IMG/VR virus record: IMGVR_UViG_3300021964_000063
Coordinates: 1-60,230 of that record
Reading direction: 5' to 3' (one strand)
DNA length: 60,230 bases
DNA from: a virus
Lineage: Duplodnaviria > Caudoviricetes
The stretch's first letter is position 1. Each line of letters starts with the position of its first letter. Below are positions 39,972 through 48,235 of this stretch, in pieces. The notes under the pieces were generated by a model. It saw nothing but the letters and a program-made list of their open reading frames with translations, ran no database searches and had not been told where the DNA came from. The position numbers and the translations under genes were made by a program.

Positions 39972-41149
39972 CGGCGCACCACACTATCAAGAACTTCACC
40001 CTTTTCAAAAACGATGTCTACAACCCTTTGCAATGCTTTCTCGGTGGATATACCCACATTGCTGTAAACAGGCACACAGAGCATTCCAAAGGTCTTAGAA
40101 TCGCTTCCGCAACGTATCACACGACCCACAGTCTGAGTCATCTCAATCACATCCATATTGCGTAGGAAAACGACTGCTTCCAACTCACTGACGTTGATAC
40201 CTTCAGACAGAATAGAGCGATGAAGTACAACAAACTTCTTGTTAGTATCTTTGCCCCAAGCATTAAGAACTTCAAAGAATTTCTCACGAGATACTTTCTT
40301 ACCGTCAACAATCGCACCAGTCTTGGATGTGATATAGAGGTAAGAGTATCCACGCTCTTTGAGGTCATCAGCAAAATCTGTCTGAAACAGATTGATAAGT
40401 TGTCTGCTAGTCTTGACACAAACAAGAATCTTCTTGATACTGATTTGATCAATAGTTTCTATCACATTGTTGCTTTCAATGTGTGGAGTCAGACTCTTTT
40501 TGTCGTGCTTACCCATCTGAATCACCTTGACTTTAGGCGGCAAGATATATCCACCCTGAACAAGATTAGGTGCAGAAACTTTAGCAATGATGTCCCCATA
40601 GATCTCTCTATCGTTCATTCCTGGTTTCTTGATAGTCACCGAGGTCTTGCGTGTTGCTGTGAAATAGTAGCAACGATCAGCACGACGAGAGAAATACTTT
40701 ACAGACTCATGAAAGTTACGTTGAACACTATTGTGTGCTTCGTCAAAGTAAATCGTATCAACATCAATGTTTGCGTCTACAATACGATGCAGAGAGTGAT
40801 ATGTGGTGAAGATGATAACATGCTCACGCACTGTTTGACACATATCAACAAACAGTTTGATACGATCAGTCTTTGTAGTTTTGAAATGCTTAGTCTCACC
40901 ACTGTGAACATGGAGGACGTTAGCATTAGTTACCTGCTCAAGAAAATCGTTGGAGAGTTGCTCAACCAACAAAATGCGAGGACACACAACAACAATGGTA
41001 CGAGGACTAGAGACTTCAAATCTCTTTACCGCATCCATAATTGCAACCAATGTCTTACCACCACCAGTGGGAAAGATACATTGACCAATAGAGTTAGTTT
41101 GTAGTGCGTTGAGTGCTTCTTGCTGATGAGGGCGAAGACTTACGGTCAT
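39968..41149 (-). CDS. SF2 DEAD/DEAH-box helicase (type III restriction Res-like)
   Basis: LRPHQ, PTGGGKT (Walker A), DEAH, TAT, LSEGINV, QTVGRVIR. Confidence 0.9.
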   Translation of the reverse strand: MTVSLRPHQQEALNALQTNSIGQCIFPTGGGKTLVAIMDAVKRFEVSSPRTIVVVCPRILLVEQLSNDFLEQVTNANVLHVHSGETKHFKTTKTDRIKLFVDMCQTVREHVIIFTTYHSLHRIVDANIDVDTIYFDEAHNSVQRNFHESVKYFSRRADRCYYFTATRKTSVTIKKPGMNDREIYGDIIAKVSAPNLVQGGYILPPKVKVIQMGKHDKKSLTPHIESNNVIETIDQISIKKILVCVKTSRQLINLFQTDFADDLKERGYSYLYITSKTGAIVDGKKVSREKFFEVLNAWGKDTNKKFVVLHRSILSEGINVSELEAVVFLRNMDVIEMTQTVGRVIRCGSDSKTFGMLCVPVYSNVGISTEKALQRVVDIVFEKGEVLDSVVRR

Positions 41150-41164
41150 TAAGTTCGTTGCTGT

Positions 41165-41193
41165 ATTACTAAGGAGTTTTGGAGGTTACTAAC
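41165..41193 (-). promoter_or_regulatory. 29-bp repeat copy 9 (degenerate)
   Basis: attactaaggagttttggaggttactaac. Confidence 0.6.
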
Positions 41194-41195
41194 AA

Positions 41196-42047
41196 TTATA
41201 TGAAATGATTCTTGGTCTTGTATAACAATATCTCTCTTGCTTTCTTTGCTTCATATCCTGCCTCTGTTTTCTTTCTACGTCCCGCAGTGTAAGTGATATT
41301 AAAGTAATGGACATTCATTGACCTTGATTGATTATCAAACCAGTCATCATCAGCACGGTTAGCAACAAAAACTAAATTTTGCATATCGGCAAAGTCAAGA
41401 AGGTCTGACAGTGCATCATCACCAAATCCATTGCCATAATCAGCAAAACTATCACGATAGGGTGGATCAAAGAAGAAAAATCCATTCGGATCATTATTCA
41501 CTGAATCTTTCCAATCTCCTGTCTTGATAGTTACATTCTGAAGTGCATTATGCCACCAGTTCAATACACCACGATCATAAACTTTATCCTTTTGGTTCAA
41601 CAATCCAGCAGGAGTTCCATATCTTCCGTTGGTATTCTTGTTGAGTTGGTAGATACCATTAAACCCAGTCTTCATCAGGAAATATAATGTTGCTGCCTCA
41701 AATGTCTTGTTCCATTCTTTATACTCCCAACCGTGAAGATGTCTGATGTCAAAATAAAACTTCTTACGATCATCTTTGCTCAATGGTAGATACTGAGATT
41801 CAAGACTGTCCAGACGTTGTTGAAACTCTGCCAGGTTAGTCTTGATTGCTTTGTAGATGTTAACAACATCAGAGTTGATGTCATTAATCACAGCATTCTT
41901 TGGTTGGTAGGTGTTCATCACATAGACAAACATTGCACCACCACCAAAGAATGGTTCATAGTAAGTTTCAAAGGAAGATGGCATAAAAGGTGCATAATGT
42001 TTCAGCACCTTTGTCTTACCACCTGCCCAAATAAAGAGAGGTTTCAT
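41196..42047 (-). CDS. dam: DNA adenine methyltransferase (Dam/D12 class)
   Basis: WAGGK, EPF.GGG, INDIN, GFNGI, DPPY motifs. Confidence 0.9.
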   Translation of the reverse strand: MKPLFIWAGGKTKVLKHYAPFMPSSFETYYEPFFGGGAMFVYVMNTYQPKNAVINDINSDVVNIYKAIKTNLAEFQQRLDSLESQYLPLSKDDRKKFYFDIRHLHGWEYKEWNKTFEAATLYFLMKTGFNGIYQLNKNTNGRYGTPAGLLNQKDKVYDRGVLNWWHNALQNVTIKTGDWKDSVNNDPNGFFFFDPPYRDSFADYGNGFGDDALSDLLDFADMQNLVFVANRADDDWFDNQSRSMNVHYFNITYTAGRRKKTEAGYEAKKAREILLYKTKNHFI

Positions 42048-43063
42048 TCAGAATCTTCTTCGGTTTTATTGTTTGTCGTTTTAACTTTAGATGGATCTCC
42101 CAAACCATAGTTAGCGAGTGTATCCTCTCCTATTGGAGATCCTTCAATCGCACCATATGCAAGAGCAGAACGATACTCATCAACAAAACGACGGGCAATC
42201 AACACAAATTGAGCGTTTCCTGCGGTTTTATCTGCAAGTTCTTTGGGAGTGAGTTTATTTGCAATGAGTTCAGATTCAATGAAGTTCACCAATCCAGTGC
42301 GTCTTGATGTACCTTTATTCAATGAATTTTTGAGATACACGACAGCAGATAGACCTCCAATCATTGAACCCTGAAGATCAACACTCTTTTTAGTTTTCCA
42401 CTTGCTTGCTGATTTAGTAGAAGTAAGAAGTTGATTGTAATACTTTATTGCTTCTTTTACTGTTGAAAGTTCATAAGTATTCACTGCTTCCATCAGTTTA
42501 GCATAACCTTTTACAGAATATCCTTCTGAATGACCAATTTTTTCAACATGAACACCCAGTTCAACTAAAGTATCACGAACTTGCATTGCTTCTTTAACAC
42601 TAGCAGCAATATCTGTGCGAAGTTGAGCAACCTGACTTACTGCTGTGCGGTTGACATTAACTTCTTTGAATAGTTTTGCCTCTACTTCTACACATTCTTC
42701 GTTACTAGCATTTGGATCATGCTCAAATACTTGTGCTTGAAGTGTCATTGTCTCTGGATTCATGCAGTAAATTGCTGCTAATACACTCTCATGTTGTCCA
42801 TCAACAATAGCAAATTTTCCGTCTGGACGACGATAAAGACGTAGAGGACTATAAAGACTAGGATCAAATCTTCCTGCCTTTTTAATCATAGCTTCAATGA
42901 GAAGTCGTTGATATTTCTCATCAATGTAGAGTTGACTTAACACTACATCTACAATGGGAGGAAAATCATCTGGTTTTATTTCTTTTCTTATTCCAGCAAT
43001 ACCAAGATTTTTTGCAAAGTCCAGCAAATTTACCAGACCATCATTTTGGGAATCGTAATTCAT
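42044..43063 (-). CDS. ParB/Srx-like N-terminal domain protein (DGQH motif)
   Basis: L.IDEKYQR, F.IVDGQH, EAKLF..VN..R. Confidence 0.65.
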   Translation of the reverse strand: MNYDSQNDGLVNLLDFAKNLGIAGIRKEIKPDDFPPIVDVVLSQLYIDEKYQRLLIEAMIKKAGRFDPSLYSPLRLYRRPDGKFAIVDGQHESVLAAIYCMNPETMTLQAQVFEHDPNASNEECVEVEAKLFKEVNVNRTAVSQVAQLRTDIAASVKEAMQVRDTLVELGVHVEKIGHSEGYSVKGYAKLMEAVNTYELSTVKEAIKYYNQLLTSTKSASKWKTKKSVDLQGSMIGGLSAVVYLKNSLNKGTSRRTGLVNFIESELIANKLTPKELADKTAGNAQFVLIARRFVDEYRSALAYGAIEGSPIGEDTLANYGLGDPSKVKTTNNKTEEDSE

Positions 43064-43119
43064 TTTGTTCTCCTTTGTTTAGTGTTGGCATATGCCATTG
43101 CGGCACCAACATGATAGTA

Positions 43120-43149
43120 ATTATACAACTAGTTGGGGTCAGTTGTCAA
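43120..43149 (-). promoter_or_regulatory. Consensus sigma70 promoter TTGACA-18-TATAAT
   Basis: - strand TTGACAACTGACCCCAACTAGTTGTATAAT, upstream of the ParB-like/dam pair. Confidence 0.75.
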
Positions 43150-43152
43150 CCA

Positions 43153-44025
43153 TTAGATTTTCACATTGACATATCCATCAGCAATCGCTTGAGTATCACC
43201 ACCACGTTTGAACTTTGGAGTGAACTTTAGATTGAGACCATCAATAATAGATGGATCTGCTATATTGACAATTTCCATTGTCTTATCTTTAATATACATG
43301 ATATTGTCCCATTTGTCAACTTCTTTGTACTGCTTTAGAGCAAACTTTCCGACAGCAGTATTGAACTTTACAGGATCTTTGTAGTTCTTCTTTACATCTT
43401 CAAAAAGTTGAGTAATATCACAACCAGGATAAAGTTCACTGAAGTAATCAAAATAAACTTCAGGTTTTTCAACTGACTTTACATGTTCGGAGAACTTTTT
43501 AGCATCTTTATATCCTGGTGCATGTCCTTCAAAATACTTATCATTCAGTTTATCAACTAAACCCTTATCAGTAACACCAGTTTTAATAGGTTTTAGACTT
43601 GCACCATCATCTTTCAACTCAGATTTTCTATTAGCACCATATCTACCATCATTATTGACAGAAAACTGGTAATCAGAAAAAATAAGAGGAAGAATCAACT
43701 CACCCTTGCCAATACCCTTTCCTTTGTTTGACAATAAGACTTCAAAGAGAAGAGGAAATATAATATCTCCCTTCAGTTTTTCTGGCACTAAATCCCACAA
43801 TGACTTACGAAAATTAGTGCCTAAAATATCAGTGCTTGTAAGATTGCTTTCATCTTCAAGTAGGGAGAGAGTATTCTCGGCATCTCCATCAGTAACTACA
43901 TCAAAATAACAAAGATATGCCTTAAAATCTTGACGAAACCTATCAGCAGCAACATGACCTTTGATCCCTCTATTAATCAGTAAAGAATCTATTCTTTTTT
44001 CAAGATCTTTTGAGTACATAATCAA
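43153..44025 (-). CDS. Hypothetical protein, possible PD-(D/E)xK endonuclease
   Basis: GIGKGEL...ND......KSELK pattern; function is inference. Confidence 0.55.
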   Translation of the reverse strand: MIMYSKDLEKRIDSLLINRGIKGHVAADRFRQDFKAYLCYFDVVTDGDAENTLSLLEDESNLTSTDILGTNFRKSLWDLVPEKLKGDIIFPLLFEVLLSNKGKGIGKGELILPLIFSDYQFSVNNDGRYGANRKSELKDDGASLKPIKTGVTDKGLVDKLNDKYFEGHAPGYKDAKKFSEHVKSVEKPEVYFDYFSELYPGCDITQLFEDVKKNYKDPVKFNTAVGKFALKQYKEVDKWDNIMYIKDKTMEIVNIADPSIIDGLNLKFTPKFKRGGDTQAIADGYVNVKI

Positions 44026-44219
44026 TAAGAATAGGTGGAGAGATTGCGAGCAGGGACATGATACCCATTCTTAGGGTTGTTCACATCAAAAACCCATACT
44101 AACTCATCATCGGATGCTTTGTAAACATCCATGCAAAACATAGGAACAAGTTTTACCATAAGAGCACCCCAGTGATACTCTGTTTCAAAATCAAATGTCA
44201 TAAGATCAGAAGTGCTCAT
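44022..44219 (-). CDS. Hypothetical protein, 65 aa
   Basis: ORF track; first ATG abuts repeat copy 10. Confidence 0.7.
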   Translation of the reverse strand: MSTSDLMTFDFETEYHWGALMVKLVPMFCMDVYKASDDELVWVFDVNNPKNGYHVPARNLSTYSY

Positions 44220-44248
44220 ACTATAGAGGAGTTTTAGAGGTTACTAAC
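44220..44248 (-). promoter_or_regulatory. 29-bp repeat copy 10
   Basis: actatagaggagttttagaggttactaac. Confidence 0.7.
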
Positions 44249-44252
44249 TTTA

Positions 44253-44417
44253 TTAGTCACAGACTGGACGCACAGAGTTAATAATAACCTTTTCGGCAGG
44301 ATACATTGATTCCACCAAATCTTCAACGAAAGAACGTTCAGAACGGTCAGATTCTATGTTGAAGTTGTGACGGCGACCGCGTGAGTCAATCCAAGCACCA
44401 GAACAATCGTAATACAT
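44253..44417 (-). CDS. Hypothetical protein, 54 aa (MYYDCSGAWIDSRGRRHNF...)
   Basis: Read manually; stop 4 nt before repeat copy 10. Confidence 0.7.
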   Translation of the reverse strand: MYYDCSGAWIDSRGRRHNFNIESDRSERSFVEDLVESMYPAEKVIINSVRPVCD

Positions 44418-44455
44418 TTTTGTTAGTTAGTAAAGAGAATAAAGATAAAAGTATA

Positions 44456-44863
44456 TTATCCGTTACACCATCCCATAATCTCACAACCTGGGTCAGATAA
44501 CATTTCTTCTTTGATGCCATTTGCTTTACATACTTCCCAGTCTTCATAAGTACAATCACGAAGATACTTTCCATCCTTATCATGCACTGAGGCATATTGT
44601 GAGATGTAAAAGTCCCACTTGAACCCTTTATCTCTCATCTCCAGATCATCATCACTATTCCAAATATCCCAATCAATTGCTTCAACATCTTTCTCTGATA
44701 ATCCATACTTCTTTAAGCATTCATCAGTCAACCACAAGAAACCAGAGTGATTCTGGTCCCAATTGTAATACTCACCATCAACCTCATCTAACATATCAAG
44801 GTCAGATTGTTCTGTCAAATCATACTCATGCGCCATGATCGTCTCTCTCGTTAAGTGTTTCAT
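44456..44863 (-). CDS. Acidic hypothetical protein
   Basis: ORF track, 135 aa. Confidence 0.7.
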   Translation of the reverse strand: MKHLTRETIMAHEYDLTEQSDLDMLDEVDGEYYNWDQNHSGFLWLTDECLKKYGLSEKDVEAIDWDIWNSDDDLEMRDKGFKWDFYISQYASVHDKDGKYLRDCTYEDWEVCKANGIKEEMLSDPGCEIMGWCNG

Positions 44864-45008
44864 TGATAATGTCCTTGAGTTCCTGACGTTCCTCTGGTGT
44901 AAAGATAGTGCGTTTCTTTACAGGCATAGGGGGAAACTTTCGATTTGAGGTAATGTTACCATTACCAGGCAAACTCATGCCTTGAGTATCAATCTTGTCC
45001 ATGAACAT
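44826..45008 (-). CDS. Hypothetical protein, 60 aa
   Basis: ORF track. Confidence 0.65.
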   Translation of the reverse strand: MFMDKIDTQGMSLPGNGNITSNRKFPPMPVKKRTIFTPEERQELKDIINETLNERDDHGA

Positions 45009-45009
45009 A

Positions 45010-45222
45010 TCAAGCAGCAGGTGCTTCAGTTGATGCTTTGCCTACGTTAGAAGGACCAACCCAAACAAGGTTATTCTCCTTCCAATATGTTACAAATGCA
45101 CGACGAAGTTCAGTCAGTTCAGTGTAACGTGACTGCTGCTCTTTAGTATAAGAGAAGTTTTGTGTGCGCCATACCTTACGCAGTTCCTGAAGTTCGCGGA
45201 GCACTTGTGAAGAGTTGTTCAT
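45010..45222 (-). CDS. Hypothetical protein, 70 aa
   Basis: ORF track; ATG 17 nt after repeat copy 11. Confidence 0.7.
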   Translation of the reverse strand: MNNSSQVLRELQELRKVWRTQNFSYTKEQQSRYTELTELRRAFVTYWKENNLVWVGPSNVGKASTEAPAA

Positions 45223-45239
45223 GTCATCGTGTGTCTTAC

Positions 45240-45268
45240 ACTACAGAGGAACTTTAGAGGTTACTAAC
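45240..45268 (-). promoter_or_regulatory. 29-bp repeat copy 11
   Basis: actacagaggaactttagaggttactaac. Confidence 0.7.
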
Positions 45269-45269
45269 T

Positions 45270-45815
45270 TTAACTACCAGGAAGTGCCTTGCGTTGAGGT
45301 GCAGCATTGAGTGCAGTCCTTACAGGTGAACTACTCAAACTCTTACGTTCTGGAGATGAACTTAACTGCGGGGATGCTTTCTTACCTTTCATAAGATCAG
45401 GTCTTTGTGCTGTACCTAATTGGGGTCTAAAAGACGCTGTAGCAGGTCTTTTAACAGCAGGTTGAGGTTTACTTACCTTTGCGATTGCACCGCCCTTAGA
45501 AGATGATTTATCAGCAGGTTTTGAACTTCTATATGGTTGAGGTTTTCTTGATTGTGTAGAACCTGCCGTATTCTGTCCAGCATTCTTTACTTCTTGACCA
45601 GCATTCTTAGCAATGTTTTGCTTCTCTTTAGGCGTTGCTTTTCTACCTTTCTTTTTATTATCTCCAGAACCTAAACTTAAACCAAGTCTAGGTCTTTCCC
45701 TGAAAGGTTTAGTTGAACCACCTTGAGTTCCTGACTGTGGTGTAGAACCACTGCCGTAACTTGTTTGTGTTTGTTGTTCAATTGCTTCGCTAAAAAACTC
45801 TTGGAATGTCTTCAT
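45270..45815 (-). CDS. Basic low-complexity protein with capsid-targeting-like N-terminus (internal head protein candidate)
   Basis: MKTFQEFFSE resembles the T4 IP capsid targeting sequence; K/S/P/A-rich. Confidence 0.7.
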   Translation of the reverse strand: MKTFQEFFSEAIEQQTQTSYGSGSTPQSGTQGGSTKPFRERPRLGLSLGSGDNKKKGRKATPKEKQNIAKNAGQEVKNAGQNTAGSTQSRKPQPYRSSKPADKSSSKGGAIAKVSKPQPAVKRPATASFRPQLGTAQRPDLMKGKKASPQLSSSPERKSLSSSPVRTALNAAPQRKALPGS

Positions 45816-46435
45816 TTCATTCTTGCGTGAACTCTACCCATAATCTTGGTTCTACCTTTGGCATCAGGGTTTTGACCGGTTTCTTTCTTATACTTAGCAG
45901 TTTCTTGGTCCTTGAAGATACCACGCAACATAGTTTCACCTGCACGTTGCTGCTTCATTCTCTCCTGGCGTGTCATACCAGACGCTTTTGCTGGTTTATA
46001 ATCAGGTGATACAGGTTTCTCAGGGTTCTTCTTACTTAGTAGTTTAGTTCCTGCCTTTTCAGTGTCTTTAGATTTAGGTTCATCTGTTGTTGTAGTTCCA
46101 CCAGATTGTTTTGCTGCTGCTCTTGCTTGTGCTGCTTTTCTCCTTTCTGCTTTTACTTTATCAGCATAGGATTGTTTAACTTCAGCACTACCTCTTTCTT
46201 TTGTTGGTTGTTGCTGTGTTTGTGATCTTGGTTTAGGAGTACCAATATCTTTTCTGTCTTTATACTGCACTGGTTCTTGCTTACCGCCACCAGTCGCTTT
46301 CATCCTGCGTCTCTCAGGATCAGATTTCTTCTTGGAAGGATATAATCTACCACCTTCACCTGTCTTTCTTATTTGTGAACGACCCTGAACTTCAGGGTCA
46401 TACACTTCGCTCATGAACTCTTGAAAAGTTTTCAT
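45812..46435 (-). CDS. Basic protein with capsid-targeting-like N-terminus (internal head protein candidate)
   Basis: MKTFQEFMSE; very K/R-rich. Confidence 0.7.
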   Translation of the reverse strand: MKTFQEFMSEVYDPEVQGRSQIRKTGEGGRLYPSKKKSDPERRRMKATGGGKQEPVQYKDRKDIGTPKPRSQTQQQPTKERGSAEVKQSYADKVKAERRKAAQARAAAKQSGGTTTTDEPKSKDTEKAGTKLLSKKNPEKPVSPDYKPAKASGMTRQERMKQQRAGETMLRGIFKDQETAKYKKETGQNPDAKGRTKIMGRVHARMK

Positions 46436-46626
46436 TACCCTTGCACCACGGTTACATTAGTGAATCCACCATTTTTACCATCTGGATTAGCAATAGCAGC
46501 ATTTGCTTTTGCTTTTGATGAATAAGTTACTTTACCAACTGACTCATCAGTCCAGCGATTGCCACCGTGATAATACACAGTTTTAGTAGGTTCAATTATG
46601 CTTGGTTTAGTAAGATAATATGCCAT
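46435..46626 (-). CDS. Hypothetical late protein, 63 aa
   Basis: ORF track; late promoter upstream. Confidence 0.7.
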   Translation of the reverse strand: MAYYLTKPSIIEPTKTVYYHGGNRWTDESVGKVTYSSKAKANAAIANPDGKNGGFTNVTVVQG

Positions 46627-46627
46627 G

Positions 46628-46663
46628 ATTGAGAGACTAATATATTATATTTAGTCTCTCAAT
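46628..46663 (-). promoter_or_regulatory. 13-bp stem hairpin overlapping late promoter CTAAATA (46648-46654), next to the ATG
   Basis: attgagagactaa-tatattatat-ttagtctctcaat perfect inverted repeat. Confidence 0.7.
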
Positions 46664-46672
46664 GACTAAATA

Positions 46673-46843
46673 TCACCAAACATCAGGGGCATTGAGATCT
46701 TCAATGTATGGAGTTACTTTTTCACCACCTTGAATGTCTAGACACTTTTCCCAGTTGATATTGTATGGATTGAAATCATCCATCACATCCAACTCTAGCG
46801 TCACACGATATTTAGTTTTTTGCGGAACGAAAGCGAAAGGCAT
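46673..46843 (-). CDS. Hypothetical protein, 56 aa (MPFAFVPQKTKYRVTLELDV...)
   Basis: Read manually; own sigma70 promoter upstream. Confidence 0.7.
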   Translation of the reverse strand: MPFAFVPQKTKYRVTLELDVMDDFNPYNINWEKCLDIQGGEKVTPYIEDLNAPDVW

Positions 46844-46868
46844 TGGTGAACTCCTGAACTACTTTAAT

Positions 46869-46897
46869 ATAGTAAGATATTTCCATACAGAAGTCAA
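46869..46897 (-). promoter_or_regulatory. Sigma70-type promoter TTGACT-17-TACTAT
   Basis: - strand TTGACTTCTGTATGGAAATATCTTACTAT. Confidence 0.55.
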
Positions 46898-46902
46898 TAG
46901 AA

Positions 46903-47127
46903 CTATACCGCTTTATTGGGTGGCACAGTGTTCTTATTTATGCTTATTGTGCTACATTTTGTGCTTTTGCTGTCAAACCAGAGATTTTTAACATTACCAG
47001 CAATAATAAAGAAGTTAGTTATAATTAATTGAATCATAATAAAAGTGCGGATAATGGCAATTTTATCCGCTTCTTTTACATCTCTACCATCTTTTTGACC
47101 AAGTGCCTTCGCCCATATTCTCCACAT
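46903..47127 (-). CDS. Small membrane protein, 74 aa
   Basis: MWRIWAKALG.K, hydrophobic segment IAIIRTFIMIQLIITNFFII. Confidence 0.7.
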   Translation of the reverse strand: MWRIWAKALGQKDGRDVKEADKIAIIRTFIMIQLIITNFFIIAGNVKNLWFDSKSTKCSTISINKNTVPPNKAV

Positions 47128-47134
47128 GGATATT

Positions 47135-47800
47135 TTAGTCTTTAATATATCCGAAGTCTACCAGATACTTACGTGTCAAAGGAGTGGGAGGGTATACTTC
47201 CCACATATTACCACCAGCACATGCTGCTAGAGCATTCATTGTCATGTTCTCAGTTCTACCTGCCCACCCTGCTTCTGCTTCCCAAGGTACAGCAGACTTA
47301 GGATAAGTACGCTCTGCCATTACACGCCAGATCATAGGAACTTCATCCTCTGGTTTAATAATAGCAATCAGACTGTTGTCAATCGTGCCTGCCATACAAT
47401 CTTGTGCTGCGTGCCATCCTTCGTGACGCATTACCATCATGAGAACATTAGGTTGTCCCATGTAATCCTTATTCAGGAAGAAGTTATTAGATAAAGTATG
47501 ATAGACACCACGATGTCCTGCTGGAAAATACTTACTGTCAGCAAGAAATACATTCACACCAACTTGATTGAGTGAATGTAACATATTATGAAACTCACCA
47601 GTAACACCGGTAAACTCTTCTGTATTAGGATACTGAGATGAAATATCAAGCATAGAATATATTTTTTCTACACCATCAGTGCATTCTCCAAGTAACATAC
47701 AACCCATAGAGTCCATGGAGTTGTATCCTTTAGTTATTTTATTGTCATCAGCAAAAACTGGAGTTGCTGCGAATAACAGCGCAAGTAATAAATGTCTCAT
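47135..47800 (-). CDS. Exported zincin-like metallopeptidase
   Basis: N-terminal signal peptide (MRHLLLALLFAATPVFA), HEGWH motif, downstream WEAEA. Confidence 0.7.
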   Translation of the reverse strand: MRHLLLALLFAATPVFADDNKITKGYNSMDSMGCMLLGECTDGVEKIYSMLDISSQYPNTEEFTGVTGEFHNMLHSLNQVGVNVFLADSKYFPAGHRGVYHTLSNNFFLNKDYMGQPNVLMMVMRHEGWHAAQDCMAGTIDNSLIAIIKPEDEVPMIWRVMAERTYPKSAVPWEAEAGWAGRTENMTMNALAACAGGNMWEVYPPTPLTRKYLVDFGYIKD

Positions 47801-48108
47801 TAGTCGTCATAAATTGTTTTTCTTGAACGTATATATTCAATTTGATTCCAATAGCACTTGTGGCATAATACAAGGGTATGTTCATTACAGTGTAAAGTAT
47901 TTCTTGAATATTCGCAATGTGGTTTTTGTTTTACACCAACCTCAATGGTAAAATATTTATCATCTACAAAATATATCCACCCCTGATCAACTGATCCTGT
48001 TGATCGTGTCCAAATAACATAATCATTAATCTTTGGAATATATTCAGTCTGACTCTGGGACTCCAATGAGTTTGAGGACTTCTTGTTGCTTGAAATAGAG
48101 TTTGACAT
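47800..48108 (-). CDS. Hypothetical protein
   Basis: ORF track; start uncertain. Confidence 0.6.
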   Translation of the reverse strand: MSNSISSNKKSSNSLESQSQTEYIPKINDYVIWTRSTGSVDQGWIYFVDDKYFTIEVGVKQKPHCEYSRNTLHCNEHTLVLCHKCYWNQIEYIRSRKTIYDD

Positions 48109-48235
48109 AACAACGGAGTGCTTCTTTTAGGACTTCAATATCATCACAGTTATCAATGTCTCTCGACATTTTCTCGTATGCGAATAGTTTTGATGGAGTA
48201 TCAATCGTTATTCGAGATGGGTCTAGTTCTTTCAT
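48044..48235 (-). CDS. Small two-helix protein, possibly NblA-like
   Basis: 63 aa, F.YEK.SR.ID...LK..L..Y.KLY.KQQE; NblA resemblance is weak. Confidence 0.55.
   Translation of the reverse strand: MKELDPSRITIDTPSKLFAYEKMSRDIDNCDDIEVLKEALRCYVKLYFKQQEVLKLIGVPESD

Larger units (their letters stand above)
34722..45268 (-). repeat. Dispersed 29-bp direct repeat, 11 copies, delimiting small-gene cassettes
   Basis: + strand actata(g/a)gggaactttagaggttactaac at 34722, 35825, 36217, 37101, 37848, 38274, 39195, 39449, 41165, 44220, 45240. Confidence 0.95.

Noticed and set aside
40220-41104. 294-aa + strand ORF
   Set aside because: Antisense shadow of the helicase, with no motifs or promoter
34722-45268. 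29-bp repeats as a CRISPR array or CRISPR-repeat mimics
   Set aside because: Intervals are 225 to ~3000 bp and contain whole genes; there is no GAAAC-type 3' handle, no strong internal stem and no cas gene
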